From positions 1-32,894 of the IMG/VR virus record IMGVR_UViG_3300014655_000241: 32,894 bases of DNA. One strand, given 5' to 3'. Positions 8,744 through 17,584 of this stretch are shown piece after piece. This stretch comes from a virus. Taxonomy: Duplodnaviria; Caudoviricetes. The position numbers and the translations under genes were made by a program. The stretch's first letter is position 1. Every line of letters begins with the position of its first letter. A model generated the notes under the pieces. The model searched no databases, had not been told where the DNA came from, and worked only from the letters and a program-made list of their open reading frames with translations.

Positions 8744-9219
8744 TCGGCACCCCCGTCTTCGGGAACCGAGGGCTGGCTGAGGACCGCGTTGAGGTCGGCC
8801 TGGAACTTCGACCGGTTGGCGTCGATGGACGGCCTCAGCCAGGGCCTGGCGGCCATGCGGGAGGTTCCGAACTCGAGGAACTTGCCGTAGATGACCTTCG
8901 TCCCCACGTAGCCCACATCGCCGTCAACGTCGTGGGTGACCGAGCGCACAAGCTGGCCCATGTCGATGGCGGGCGCCTGGCCGTCGGCTGAGGACATGTG
9001 GATCAGCTGGCCTTTCTTCCACCGCCCGAGCTTGCGGCCAGTCCTGGGGGAAACCGCGCCTTCCGGGTTGAGCTGGGTCTGCTGCATCATCTTCTTGCTG
9101 GTCGTCTCGATGCGAAGGCAGGCGTTCGTGATGGCCTGGGTCAGATTGGTCTCCACCGCTCTGCCCTTGGCCTCCAGGGCGGCCTTCAGGTTGTTGACGC
9201 TGTCCATGGTCTCGCCCAT
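8740..9219 (-). CDS. HK97 gp10-family tail/neck protein (159 aa, start MGETM at 9219)
   Basis: APAIDMGQLVRSV and YGKFLEFGTSRMAARPWLRPS; TGATG overlap with the upstream gene. Confidence 0.9.
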   Translation of the reverse strand: MGETMDSVNNLKAALEAKGRAVETNLTQAITNACLRIETTSKKMMQQTQLNPEGAVSPRTGRKLGRWKKGQLIHMSSADGQAPAIDMGQLVRSVTHDVDGDVGYVGTKVIYGKFLEFGTSRMAARPWLRPSIDANRSKFQADLNAVLSQPSVPEDGGAE

Positions 9220-9569
9220 CACGCACCGCCTTGGACGGGCGTCATGATGGCCTGGAGGCTTCGCCACCACTGGTTCGAGCCCCGGACGTCGTAGTACACA
9301 CCATTGCAGAGCACCCGGTTCCCGACGATGAGGTAGGGCCACACCGAGGCCTTGAGCGTGGCGTCCATGAACAGCTTCTTGGCGTCGGCGTGCTCGTCGG
9401 AGATTCCCCACTCTTCCTTCTCGTAAACGCTGAGGTTGGCGGGCTGGACGCCGCAGAGCACGGGCCCGGCGACGGGGGTCGTGTAGTTGTTCCAGGCTTT
9501 CGTCCGGTTGCCTTGGCCGTCCACAACCACGGTGGGAGCAAAGACGCTGATCGTGGCGTTCTTGATCAT
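9219..9569 (-). CDS. Head closure/head-tail adaptor protein (SPP1 gp16-like)
   Basis: 116 aa; position; DGQGN...W, VQP and GNRV...YDV pattern. Confidence 0.7.
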   Translation of the reverse strand: MIKNATISVFAPTVVVDGQGNRTKAWNNYTTPVAGPVLCGVQPANLSVYEKEEWGISDEHADAKKLFMDATLKASVWPYLIVGNRVLCNGVYYDVRGSNQWWRSLQAIMTPVQGGA

Positions 9570-9685
9570 GGACGCCTCCGGGCGGAAGAAGGGGCCCCGC
9601 CTTGGGCCTTCGCGGAAGGAGCCACCGGTCGGGCTTTGTCGGCGGGGCTTTTTTTGATCTGCTTGTCTCGGGCCTGCCTGATCAT
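9566..9685 (-). CDS. 39-aa basic micro-protein (MIRQARDKQIKKSPADKARPVAPSAKAQGGAPSSARRRP), not in the ORF track
   Basis: Exactly fills the gap between the connector and closure genes, with ATGA overlaps at both ends. Confidence 0.65.
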   Translation of the reverse strand: MIRQARDKQIKKSPADKARPVAPSAKAQGGAPSSARRRP

Positions 9686-10371
9686 GCGACGCTCCAGCGG
9701 CGCCAGTGGCTCAGCTTGCCCTTGACCGTGTCCGACAGGCCGCCGTCCACAATCGACGGCGTAGCCCCGGGCGCGGCCTTCTGTTCGAGAATGGCGGTCA
9801 TGCCGCCTTCCTTGTACTGAACGAAACCTTCGGCTCCGATCATGGACATGCGGAAGCGCTCGGTCACGGCCTGGAGGCAGGCGCCCATGATCGGATACGG
9901 CAGCGAGCCCGCGGCGCCTGGCGTGTAGCCCGCGTCACCGGGGCACAGCCATCCGGCGGTGTAGGTGATCTGGATGTCACGCGCGCCGCCTACGGGGTCG
10001 TAAGTCATGTCCCGCGTGAAGAAACGTCCGCACCACCCTGTTGCCAGGTAGATGCGTCCGGCCAGGGCGTCTTCGTCGGTCATCTGCCAGCCGGAGTCGT
10101 CGCCGTCGCCGGTGATTCCCCCCTGCAGAACTGCCGTGCCCTGAATGGAAACGGCGGCCACCGACTGGATGGCCGCTTTCCTGAGGTAAAGATACTGGTT
10201 GTTGTTGATCGCGTAGATCTCGCCGGTGTAGGTCGCCTGCTCGACTGGATAACCTAAGTAGTCCTGGATGGCGTAAGAGGCGTCCTGAATGAACAGGTTG
10301 AGCTTAGCATCCTGGGAGGTGTCCGTGATGTCGAGGACGGTATGTACATCGGCGAGAAGCGCGAGGGTCAT
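9682..10371 (-). CDS. Head-tail connector protein (gp6/gp15-like)
   Basis: N-terminal LADVHTVLDI...QDAKLNLFIQDASYAIQDYLG; ITYTAGW; LPYPIMGACL. Confidence 0.85.
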   Translation of the reverse strand: MTLALLADVHTVLDITDTSQDAKLNLFIQDASYAIQDYLGYPVEQATYTGEIYAINNNQYLYLRKAAIQSVAAVSIQGTAVLQGGITGDGDDSGWQMTDEDALAGRIYLATGWCGRFFTRDMTYDPVGGARDIQITYTAGWLCPGDAGYTPGAAGSLPYPIMGACLQAVTERFRMSMIGAEGFVQYKEGGMTAILEQKAAPGATPSIVDGGLSDTVKGKLSHWRRWSVA

Positions 10372-10377
10372 TGCAGG

Positions 10378-10842
10378 TCAGCTCCCGTACACAGTCGCCG
10401 CGGCGGCGCCCTGTCCAGGAACGGGTTCGGTGTAGGCGCTGCCGAGCACCATGTCGCCCGCGACCAGGTTGGCCGGCGAAGTGCCGCCGGTGTAGGTCGG
10501 GGTGATCACCAGGTACACGTAACCCAGCGCGGTCAGCAGGTTGGTGTGATACTCAACCGAACCTGCGGTCATGACGTTCAGCGCCGTGGCGAACTGGAAC
10601 AGAAGCGTGGCACCCGAGGTGCTGGCGCTGGTGTTGGTCCACAGGGCAACGTTGAGCGTGGCCGCAGTCGGAGCGCCGGTGACAGCCGCCCACTGAAGGC
10701 CGATGATCGCTTCCCGGTAGCCGAGGGTCTTGACGAAACCGCCGTTGATGGCGGTCGAGCCGGAAACCGACTGCGGAGGGAAGGGAGAAATCGAGCCGGT
10801 CGACTGGATGTGGGTCGCCTGCTGAAGCAGAAGCATTTTCAT
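10378..10842 (-). CDS. Probable capsid decoration/cement protein
   Basis: 154 aa beta-rich protein immediately after the capsid gene; SD GGAGGG. Confidence 0.55.
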   Translation of the reverse strand: MKMLLLQQATHIQSTGSISPFPPQSVSGSTAINGGFVKTLGYREAIIGLQWAAVTGAPTAATLNVALWTNTSASTSGATLLFQFATALNVMTAGSVEYHTNLLTALGYVYLVITPTYTGGTSPANLVAGDMVLGSAYTEPVPGQGAAAATVYGS

Positions 10843-10856
10843 AGTTTCATCCCTCC

Positions 10857-12110
10857 TTACAGGTACTCGCCCTGGAGAATCGAGACGGGGTGCTTGACGT
10901 TGAAGTCATGCTCGCAGACCAGCCGGATCAGGGTCTCGTCGCGCTGGAAAGCCGAGTAGGTCACGCCGCCGTTGACGTAGGAGCCCTCGCGGGAGATCTC
11001 CAGGGACAGGTCGTAGCCGACGCCCCAAAGCACTTCCGAGAAGTCGATCAGCCAGTAGTCGCGGGAAGCTCCCGAGCTGTAGGTCTGAACCGACGCCGAG
11101 GTGATGTAGGGAACACCGGTCAGGGACTGCCGGGTGGCCATCTCGTTGGCCCACGCGAAGGGGCCGGAGCTGAATGCCAGGTCGAGGATATTTCCCTCAC
11201 CGACAGGGTGCAGGATCCAGCGGGGGTTGATCATGGGAACGTTGGCGGCCCGCAGTTTCGCGCGCATGTCGTTGGGGGTTGTCAGTCCAAACGCGCCGGC
11301 GTAGTTGCCGACCGTCAGAATCCCGGGGACGTTGGCCAGGCCCAAAGGCTGGCCTCCGGTGCCGGTCCCGTACAGGAGCGCGACGTCGAGTCCGATCCGG
11401 GCTTTTTCCTGAAGGTCCTGGCTGATCCACGAATCGATTCCCACGGCGTTGTAACGAAGGAGCGAATTCGAAACCGGCACAATGGCGGTCATCTTCTTGG
11501 CCGACAGGCTGGCGTCTCCGAAGGTCGGCTGGGTGTTGTTGCCGGAAGGCAATTCATTGCCCCAGAAGACCGAGGACGAGACGTCCATGCGGGACATTCT
11601 CATGTTGCCGTTGGGCATCGGGATCTTGACCGCGCCGACCCTGTCCAGGATGGTCTGGTTGTACAGAACCCGGATGATGTCGGGACTCAGGACGGTGGGG
11701 ATGGTGAAGCCGCCCGCCGAAGGAATCCCGCTTTCAAGATCCTTCTGCAAAAGCCCGTGGAAGGTCTTGGCGCTCGGGTAAGCTTTCTTGGCGGTCTCGA
11801 GCACGGACTTGATGTCGCGGCCCGCTTCGGTCGACTTCTTTTCGTTGACGGTGATAGCGATGGCCGAAGCGTAAAGCCCAAGAAGATTCTTGGGGCTCTG
11901 GTCGTCGACGCCCTTGGACTGATTGCCCTGGTTGGCGGCAAACACGTCCATGAATTCCGAGCGCAGCTTGGTCCGCTGACCCTCTTCCGCAGCGATCGCC
12001 TTCTTTTCCCACTCGGCTTGAGCGGCGGCGACACGCTGGTCTGCAATCTTTCCGAACAGTTCTTCGATCTGAGCCTGGGTGTAGGTCCCGGCTTTGATAT
12101 CAGCAGCCAC
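10857..12110 (-). CDS. Major capsid protein, HK97 family
   Basis: N-terminal coiled-coil delta domain; SAGGFTIP, LSAKKMTAIVPVSNSLL, LYGTGTGGQPLGL and SAFQRDETLIR. Confidence 0.97.
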   Translation of the reverse strand: MAADIKAGTYTQAQIEELFGKIADQRVAAAQAEWEKKAIAAEEGQRTKLRSEFMDVFAANQGNQSKGVDDQSPKNLLGLYASAIAITVNEKKSTEAGRDIKSVLETAKKAYPSAKTFHGLLQKDLESGIPSAGGFTIPTVLSPDIIRVLYNQTILDRVGAVKIPMPNGNMRMSRMDVSSSVFWGNELPSGNNTQPTFGDASLSAKKMTAIVPVSNSLLRYNAVGIDSWISQDLQEKARIGLDVALLYGTGTGGQPLGLANVPGILTVGNYAGAFGLTTPNDMRAKLRAANVPMINPRWILHPVGEGNILDLAFSSGPFAWANEMATRQSLTGVPYITSASVQTYSSGASRDYWLIDFSEVLWGVGYDLSLEISREGSYVNGGVTYSAFQRDETLIRLVCEHDFNVKHPVSILQGEYL

Positions 12111-12160
12111 TATTTCACGGCGTATTCCTTTTCGTTCTTCGATCTGTTACGAACTGTTCT

Positions 12161-13318
12161 TCAGTTCGAGATAATCAACACCGACTTAGAATCGGCGTTA
12201 TCCGAATTGTCAAGGTCGTCCTGATCGTCGTCGCTATCGTCGTCAGGTTCGTCCTGACCGTCAAGCAAAGACTTCATTGCATCACCAATTGCCTGGTGAT
12301 ATTGCGCGGCCTTCGTCAAGGCCTTCTCCATCTTGGCATGATTCTCGGCAATCGCGTCAAGACTGGCCTGGTCCTTGGCGCTGTGCCGCTTTCCTGCTTT
12401 GGTGCTCACGTTACCCCCTTCGCTCTTGAGCTGCATTTCCCACGCGGCCTTGTCGCCGGGTACCTCGAGATCGAACTCGGCGTAGTGTTTGGCCAGGTGC
12501 GCTTTCACCGCTTCCTTGTCGCTGTCCGGAATGGACACGCCCCCGCGCGCACCGAGCACCGCGCCCATGGCAGCCATGACGCCGCGCTTGACGGTTTTGT
12601 AGCCGTCGGCAGTGTGGTGCGGGAGCTTGTAGCCCGACTTAACGTCCTCGTTTTCCGGATCCACCCACGCACACATTTTCTTGAGGTCGTCGACGCTCGC
12701 GGCGGCAACCTCGGCGGGGCCGTCCCACGAAGTGTCGGGATCAGCCAGCGGATACTTGTGGAACGGCAGTGCACCCTTTTCCATAACGTCCTCCCATTGC
12801 TTGGCCTGTTTCGCGGAAATCGCGCCGCTCTTGATGCCCTGGGCGAGCGCGTTGGGGTTGGCCGGAACAGGCACGGCTGAGAACTCGTAAAGCTCCCATT
12901 TCTTGATCAGCTTCCCATAGCCGGACTCGCTCTTCGGGTTGGGGCTCATCTCCACGGGCTGGAACCCGATCGAGACGGCCGAGAGCATTCCGGCCTTGTA
13001 CATGCAGTACGTGGTGTCCACCAGGCGGGCCTTCTCGCTGGCAAGCTCAGGGTCGGTCGACAGCTCCTGGACGGTAGGGAAGTACACGTCTGCCATGACC
13101 TTGTTGCCGTCGATCCACCAGCGCTTGGGGACGCCAAGGGGGAAGTCGTAGTAGTTGTGGAAGCCAAGAAACTGCGGGTTCTTGGCGAAGTTGGTGAAGT
13201 CGCATCCGCTGGCGAGCATGATATCCTCGTCCCGGTCCTGCGAGTCGTCGGAGATCACGAAGCGGATCATCCGGGCCCCGAGGTCGGTCGGGGCGGCCAT
13301 GGTGGTTTTCTTGTTCAT
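12161..13318 (-). CDS. Prohead (capsid maturation) protease, HK97 family, with long C-terminal extension
   Basis: DRDEDI, NPQFLGFH (His), LSAVSIGF (Ser) and ELYEFSAVPVPANPNA, followed by an extra domain and an acidic tail. Confidence 0.95.
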   Translation of the reverse strand: MNKKTTMAAPTDLGARMIRFVISDDSQDRDEDIMLASGCDFTNFAKNPQFLGFHNYYDFPLGVPKRWWIDGNKVMADVYFPTVQELSTDPELASEKARLVDTTYCMYKAGMLSAVSIGFQPVEMSPNPKSESGYGKLIKKWELYEFSAVPVPANPNALAQGIKSGAISAKQAKQWEDVMEKGALPFHKYPLADPDTSWDGPAEVAAASVDDLKKMCAWVDPENEDVKSGYKLPHHTADGYKTVKRGVMAAMGAVLGARGGVSIPDSDKEAVKAHLAKHYAEFDLEVPGDKAAWEMQLKSEGGNVSTKAGKRHSAKDQASLDAIAENHAKMEKALTKAAQYHQAIGDAMKSLLDGQDEPDDDSDDDQDDLDNSDNADSKSVLIISN

Positions 13319-13683
13319 GCTTTGGTCCTCGGCACACGGCTTGAGACGCGCCCTTTCCAGTACGACAGGTCTTCTCCAATGGCCGTCACCACGTCGAGCA
13401 CCTTGGCAATGCTCGCCTCCGTCTTGGCCTGGCTTGCGGCGATGTTCTCGAAGCGCACGGCGTCTTCACCCCTGGCCTGCTCGAGCGCGGATAACCTTGG
13501 CATGACTTCCTCCCGGATGGTGGCGTGGGCCGCGTCGACGTCCTTTCGCAGATCCTCTTCCCGCTGGCCCTTGGCGCCGGTCGCCTTCGCTGCCGACAGC
13601 GCCCTGGAGAGAATCCCGATCACGAAACCAAGCGCGGCGAGGACGAAGCCTCCCACGGTGCAGATGATTCCCAATTCGCTCAC
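13315..13683 (-). CDS. Small membrane protein (one N-terminal TM helix plus coiled coil), possible holin/XhlA-like lysis accessory
   Basis: LGIICTVGGFVLAALGFVIGIL hydrophobic stretch; SD GAGGGGG; ATGA overlap with the protease gene. Confidence 0.6.
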   Translation of the reverse strand: MSELGIICTVGGFVLAALGFVIGILSRALSAAKATGAKGQREEDLRKDVDAAHATIREEVMPRLSALEQARGEDAVRFENIAASQAKTEASIAKVLDVVTAIGEDLSYWKGRVSSRVPRTKA

Positions 13684-13693
13684 GTCGTCCCCC

Positions 13694-15943
13694 TCAGTCC
13701 AGAACCGGCAGCAGCGTGCACCGGCAGTTGACTATGTTTTCAGGTGACCCGTCAGGGTCGCCCGGATAGTCCATGTCCTCGCCGCCGACGTTGAAGCTGT
13801 CGTCCATCTTCACGACCTGGCCGTCCGCGTCCGCGTGGTCGTCGCGCGTTCGGTCATCCTGCACGGCCATCCACTCTTTCGACTCCACGCCCTCAGCCTT
13901 GTAGGTTTCCTGCTGGCCGTAGTTGACCGTGGATCCGGCCTCGGTTCGGGCAATCGCCTTCGCCCTGGTGGTGGTCATCTCGTCGTACACGCCGTCAGAA
14001 GCGGCCAGGATCTGTTTCACCAGGTCGGAGCTGTCGCCAGAGCTGACCGACTCGCTCACGGCCTTCTGGAGGGCTTTCTTGAGGGCTGTCAGGGTCGTGT
14101 CGTTCATGTCCTTGGACTTTGAAAGTCCGTTGGTGTCCACCCAAGTGTTGAAGCGGTCGTTGGTGACGTCGAAAGTTGAATCCAGGTCCGGGCGCTTGAC
14201 CATCTTCCCGGCGCCGCCCAGGACGGAAAGGGCGTGGTCGCGGCCTGCACCCATGGAGGCAATCCAGGCGGGAGCCAGCGCCGACTTCAGGGCCTTGTCA
14301 GCAGCGGGTCCGAACGCTGCGGCGGCGGCCTTGTCGGCAGCGGCCTCGGGGCTCATCTTCTGGCCTATGGCCGCTTGAAACTGGCTCTTGAACCGCTCGC
14401 GCTGGTTGTTGGCGTACTTCTTGACCGCCTTGCGGTAGACCGGCTCCGTGGCCGTTGCCGCCGCGTCGTAGGCCTTCCAGATTGCCGCACGCTTCGGGTC
14501 GGCCTTGGTCATCACGAGAACGACGCCCTTGCTGTCCTCGTCGTCGTCATCCGCCGCGTCAAGCGGATCGTCGTCGGTGTTGCCGCCGGTTCCGTCCGAT
14601 CCGGCTGAGTCGTCATCGTCCGTGATGGTGATCGTCGGTTCAGTCTGCGCCTCGCCGTCTGCCGTGTTGGGCGGGGGTTCGCCTCCGGCAGCTGGGGCAG
14701 GCTCTTCCTCTTCGGTCGGGTCTTGGTCGTAGGGGACGGCCTGGAGCATCACGGGCCTCAGGAAGACCTTGCCTGCGTTGTTGGGAAGTTCGGGGAGCTT
14801 GAGGAACGTCCGGGCCTCGTCGACCTGGACGACGCCGGCAGTCAGGCCCGCTTGAAGCCGGGTCCACACCGCGTCTTCGTCCTCGATTACCACGTTGTCG
14901 AAGCGCACGCACAGCTTCTTGTCGAAGTCGGGGGCGACCAGCTGCCGGTCAAGGGTCCGCTCAATCGAGTACAGCCGATACCTCAAGACGTTCTTGGCGA
15001 ACAGGTAGAAGCTGGCGTCGATGGTCGACCGGTTGGAGTTCTCGATGATGCCGAAGATCTCGGGCGGAATCTGGTAGTGCTGATTCGCCTCGTCCCGCCA
15101 GAACTTGCGGCTGTTGATCATGTCAACGTCTTTCTGCGATTCGCTCAGCTGCTGGATCGTGACGTCCTTGCCGTTGAGGACGGCGGGCTTGCGGGCGTTG
15201 ATCCAGCCGCCGACCTTGGCTATCCAGCTGTCCTTGAGCGCCTGAGCCTGAAGGTCGCTTGCCCCGGGAGCAAAGATGACGTAAGGCGGCGTAGCGTCGT
15301 TGAAGAAAAAGTTCTTCTGGAACTTGGCGGCCATCTCGTCGGCGGACACTTCGTCGGCAATCGCCTCCGAGAGCCCGCGCCCGCGGCTGTAAGGGTCGGT
15401 GGCGTCAACCCGCTTGAACCAGATCACGTCTTCGGGTGCCGCTGGGAACGCTTTGCCTGCTGTGACGCCGAACGGATAAATCAGAAAGTACGGCGTCGAA
15501 ACGCTCGGAGTGCCAGCGACCCACGCGGCCGGAACTGCCATGAGCGAGACGACCTGACTGCCCGGACCAGCGGCCCTTATTTTCAGCCAGAAGAACTCTC
15601 CGACCAGGTCGACAAGGATCGAAGTCAGGTACAAAAGCGCGACGCCGTCGATCTCCGGATACATCGGCATCGGGTTTTCAAGCAGCTCATAAAGCGGGTG
15701 GTCGTCGAGCGGATCGGCGGCGTGTCCTTTCGCGCGGACCTCAGCCTTTTTGTACACCTTCAGCGGCGTTGTGCTGACGGCCTGCCCGATGACGTGCACC
15801 GCGTCAAGGCGCGGATTCTTGTGGAATAAATCGGGGTATTCTGACTTGTCGCGTGTCGGCGCACGCGTCCAAAGCCGTTGCAAAACATTCGGGATATTTT
15901 TCGGGTTAATTGCGGCCTTTAGCTTGTCGAAAAAACTCGCCAT
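13694..15943 (-). CDS. Portal protein (HK97 type) fused to a MuF/SPP1 gp7-like minor head domain
   Basis: Portal motifs RGLS, FFFNDATP, YQIPPEIFG and VDEARTFLKL; acidic linker; MuF motifs RAKAIARTE, KEWMAVQDDRTRDDH and YPGDP...NCRC. Confidence 0.93.
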   Translation of the reverse strand: MASFFDKLKAAINPKNIPNVLQRLWTRAPTRDKSEYPDLFHKNPRLDAVHVIGQAVSTTPLKVYKKAEVRAKGHAADPLDDHPLYELLENPMPMYPEIDGVALLYLTSILVDLVGEFFWLKIRAAGPGSQVVSLMAVPAAWVAGTPSVSTPYFLIYPFGVTAGKAFPAAPEDVIWFKRVDATDPYSRGRGLSEAIADEVSADEMAAKFQKNFFFNDATPPYVIFAPGASDLQAQALKDSWIAKVGGWINARKPAVLNGKDVTIQQLSESQKDVDMINSRKFWRDEANQHYQIPPEIFGIIENSNRSTIDASFYLFAKNVLRYRLYSIERTLDRQLVAPDFDKKLCVRFDNVVIEDEDAVWTRLQAGLTAGVVQVDEARTFLKLPELPNNAGKVFLRPVMLQAVPYDQDPTEEEEPAPAAGGEPPPNTADGEAQTEPTITITDDDDSAGSDGTGGNTDDDPLDAADDDDEDSKGVVLVMTKADPKRAAIWKAYDAAATATEPVYRKAVKKYANNQRERFKSQFQAAIGQKMSPEAAADKAAAAAFGPAADKALKSALAPAWIASMGAGRDHALSVLGGAGKMVKRPDLDSTFDVTNDRFNTWVDTNGLSKSKDMNDTTLTALKKALQKAVSESVSSGDSSDLVKQILAASDGVYDEMTTTRAKAIARTEAGSTVNYGQQETYKAEGVESKEWMAVQDDRTRDDHADADGQVVKMDDSFNVGGEDMDYPGDPDGSPENIVNCRCTLLPVLD

Positions 15944-15999
15944 TGTTCCCCCACCCGTCTACAGTGGATCAAACGCGCCCGGGCTTTGCAAGCATGCCG

Positions 16000-17436
16000 C
16001 TAGAAAATCTCGAAACTTCCGCCCGAAAGGCTCTTTTCGACCACGCCGGACAGGAAATCCGGGGCGTCATCGTGGGCCGGGGGCTTGAGCCGGGTGCATG
16101 AGGTCACTGCGGCGTAGAACGCGGGCCAGCGGAATTGCCAGCCTTCCGGCATGATGATGCAGTTGGTGACGCTCGTCGCGTTGGTCAATATCCGCGCCCA
16201 TTTGTTCTCGCCCTGGTGAAACCAATCGACACTGCACCGCGAATAGCCGTTGCGGATAAGCAGCGCTCCAACGTTGCGCGCGAATCCTCGTCCGCCGTTG
16301 TTGCTCTCGATATAAGCGCGTTCGGTTTTTGTGTTCTCCAGCAGTCTAGCGGTGGCCGGTTCTGTGCGCTCCATCGGATCTTGCGTGTACAGCACATCGA
16401 GCATGTACGCGAATCCTTCGCTTACGCCGTAGCTTCCCGAACACAAATAGTCGTTGCCTTCGTCTGCCGTGTCGGTGTAGTTTTCGATGCGCTCAAAACT
16501 CTTCGGCAGGTCCTCGGCCTTGTAGATCTTGAACGTCGCATACAGCCGGTCGCCCGAGTCGAAGGGCTTTTGCTGGTAGTTGCCCGCGAAGATCACCGGG
16601 TCAAGCTTGGCCTGAAGGCTGTCGTAGCGCTTTCGGCTCAAAAGGTCTGGCGCCAGCATCTCGCCGGTTTCCTCGTTGAACGCCGGCATGACGATTTGGT
16701 ACCACTCGTCACCTTCGGCAGCGAACAGGCGTCCGCACAAGTCGCCCGTCGTCCAGCGGGTCATGATCACGATCTCCAGACAGCTCGCGGCCTCGATTCG
16801 GCTCTGATACGTGTCGTTGTACCAGTCCCAGCGCTCTTCCAGCACCCGGGCGTTGAAGGCTTCCTTGGCGCTCTTGATCATGTCGTCGATGATCGCCAGG
16901 CCGGTCGCGCCGACGCCGGTCAGCGTGGCGCCAGGGCTAGTCGCGAGGAAGCTGAAGTGCGAGCCTTCGAGGCTCCACATATGCTCCGAGCCGTCGCCCT
17001 TCTTGACCCGCACACCCGGGAAAACGTCGGCGAACACCGTCCTGGTGGCCACAGCCTTGATCTCCTGGATCGTGTTGCGCACGAACTTGGCGAACTTCGT
17101 GGAGAGCTTTTCGTTGTAGCTGACCACGATGTCGGATTGCGAGGGGTCGCGGCCCAGCGTCCAGCAGACGAGAAGCTCGACCGTTAAGGTCTTGCCCAGC
17201 CGAGGCGGCAAGTTGATGGCCAGCTTTCGCGCGACCTCGCCATTGGGGAGCAGGAGGCGCCGCTCTACGAAGGCCTGGAGGTCGTCGCAGAGCTTGCGGA
17301 GGTAGGCCCTGTGCGGCTTGTAGAACTTGGGGACGGCCTGCTGGCAGTACGTCCAGAAGCTCGTCCGGCAGCTCTCTAGGTACTCGGCCTCGAGGAGCTG
17401 CAGGAGTTCTAGCTCTTCGGCGTCAGTCAGCCGCAT
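16000..17436 (-). CDS. terL: Terminase large subunit
   Basis: Walker A-like INLPPRLGKT, Walker B IIDD, motif III IMTRW, YQQKP and nuclease DTA...HDDAPD. Confidence 0.96.
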   Translation of the reverse strand: MRLTDAEELELLQLLEAEYLESCRTSFWTYCQQAVPKFYKPHRAYLRKLCDDLQAFVERRLLLPNGEVARKLAINLPPRLGKTLTVELLVCWTLGRDPSQSDIVVSYNEKLSTKFAKFVRNTIQEIKAVATRTVFADVFPGVRVKKGDGSEHMWSLEGSHFSFLATSPGATLTGVGATGLAIIDDMIKSAKEAFNARVLEERWDWYNDTYQSRIEAASCLEIVIMTRWTTGDLCGRLFAAEGDEWYQIVMPAFNEETGEMLAPDLLSRKRYDSLQAKLDPVIFAGNYQQKPFDSGDRLYATFKIYKAEDLPKSFERIENYTDTADEGNDYLCSGSYGVSEGFAYMLDVLYTQDPMERTEPATARLLENTKTERAYIESNNGGRGFARNVGALLIRNGYSRCSVDWFHQGENKWARILTNATSVTNCIIMPEGWQFRWPAFYAAVTSCTRLKPPAHDDAPDFLSGVVEKSLSGGSFEIF

Positions 17437-17584
17437 AGCCCGGAAACTCCTCGTCGAGCTGCTTCATCGCCGTTTCCCGGTCAAGCTCCCACTGAGTCTT
17501 CTTGCGCCAGCTCCAGCTCTTGGCATCCCACGTATAGGTTTTTCTATCCGGGCATCGCGGCGGGGGCGGCGGGGGAATCCACAT
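17423..17584 (-). CDS. Hypothetical 53-aa Pro/Trp-rich protein (MWIPPPPPPRCP...)
   Basis: TGATG overlap with the upstream gene; its 3' end overlaps the terL start. Confidence 0.55.
   Translation of the reverse strand: MWIPPPPPPRCPDRKTYTWDAKSWSWRKKTQWELDRETAMKQLDEEFPGYAAD

Noticed and set aside
9630-9656. Plus-strand terminator at the T7 run
   Set aside because: No convincing stem precedes it; the run encodes Lys-Lys of the 39-aa ORF
12111-12160. Protease-capsid read-through fusion
   Set aside because: The frames differ and a TAA lies in the capsid frame within the spacer
13694-14512. MuF polymorphic toxin
   Set aside because: The protein ends 7 residues after NCRC, with no C-terminal toxin domain
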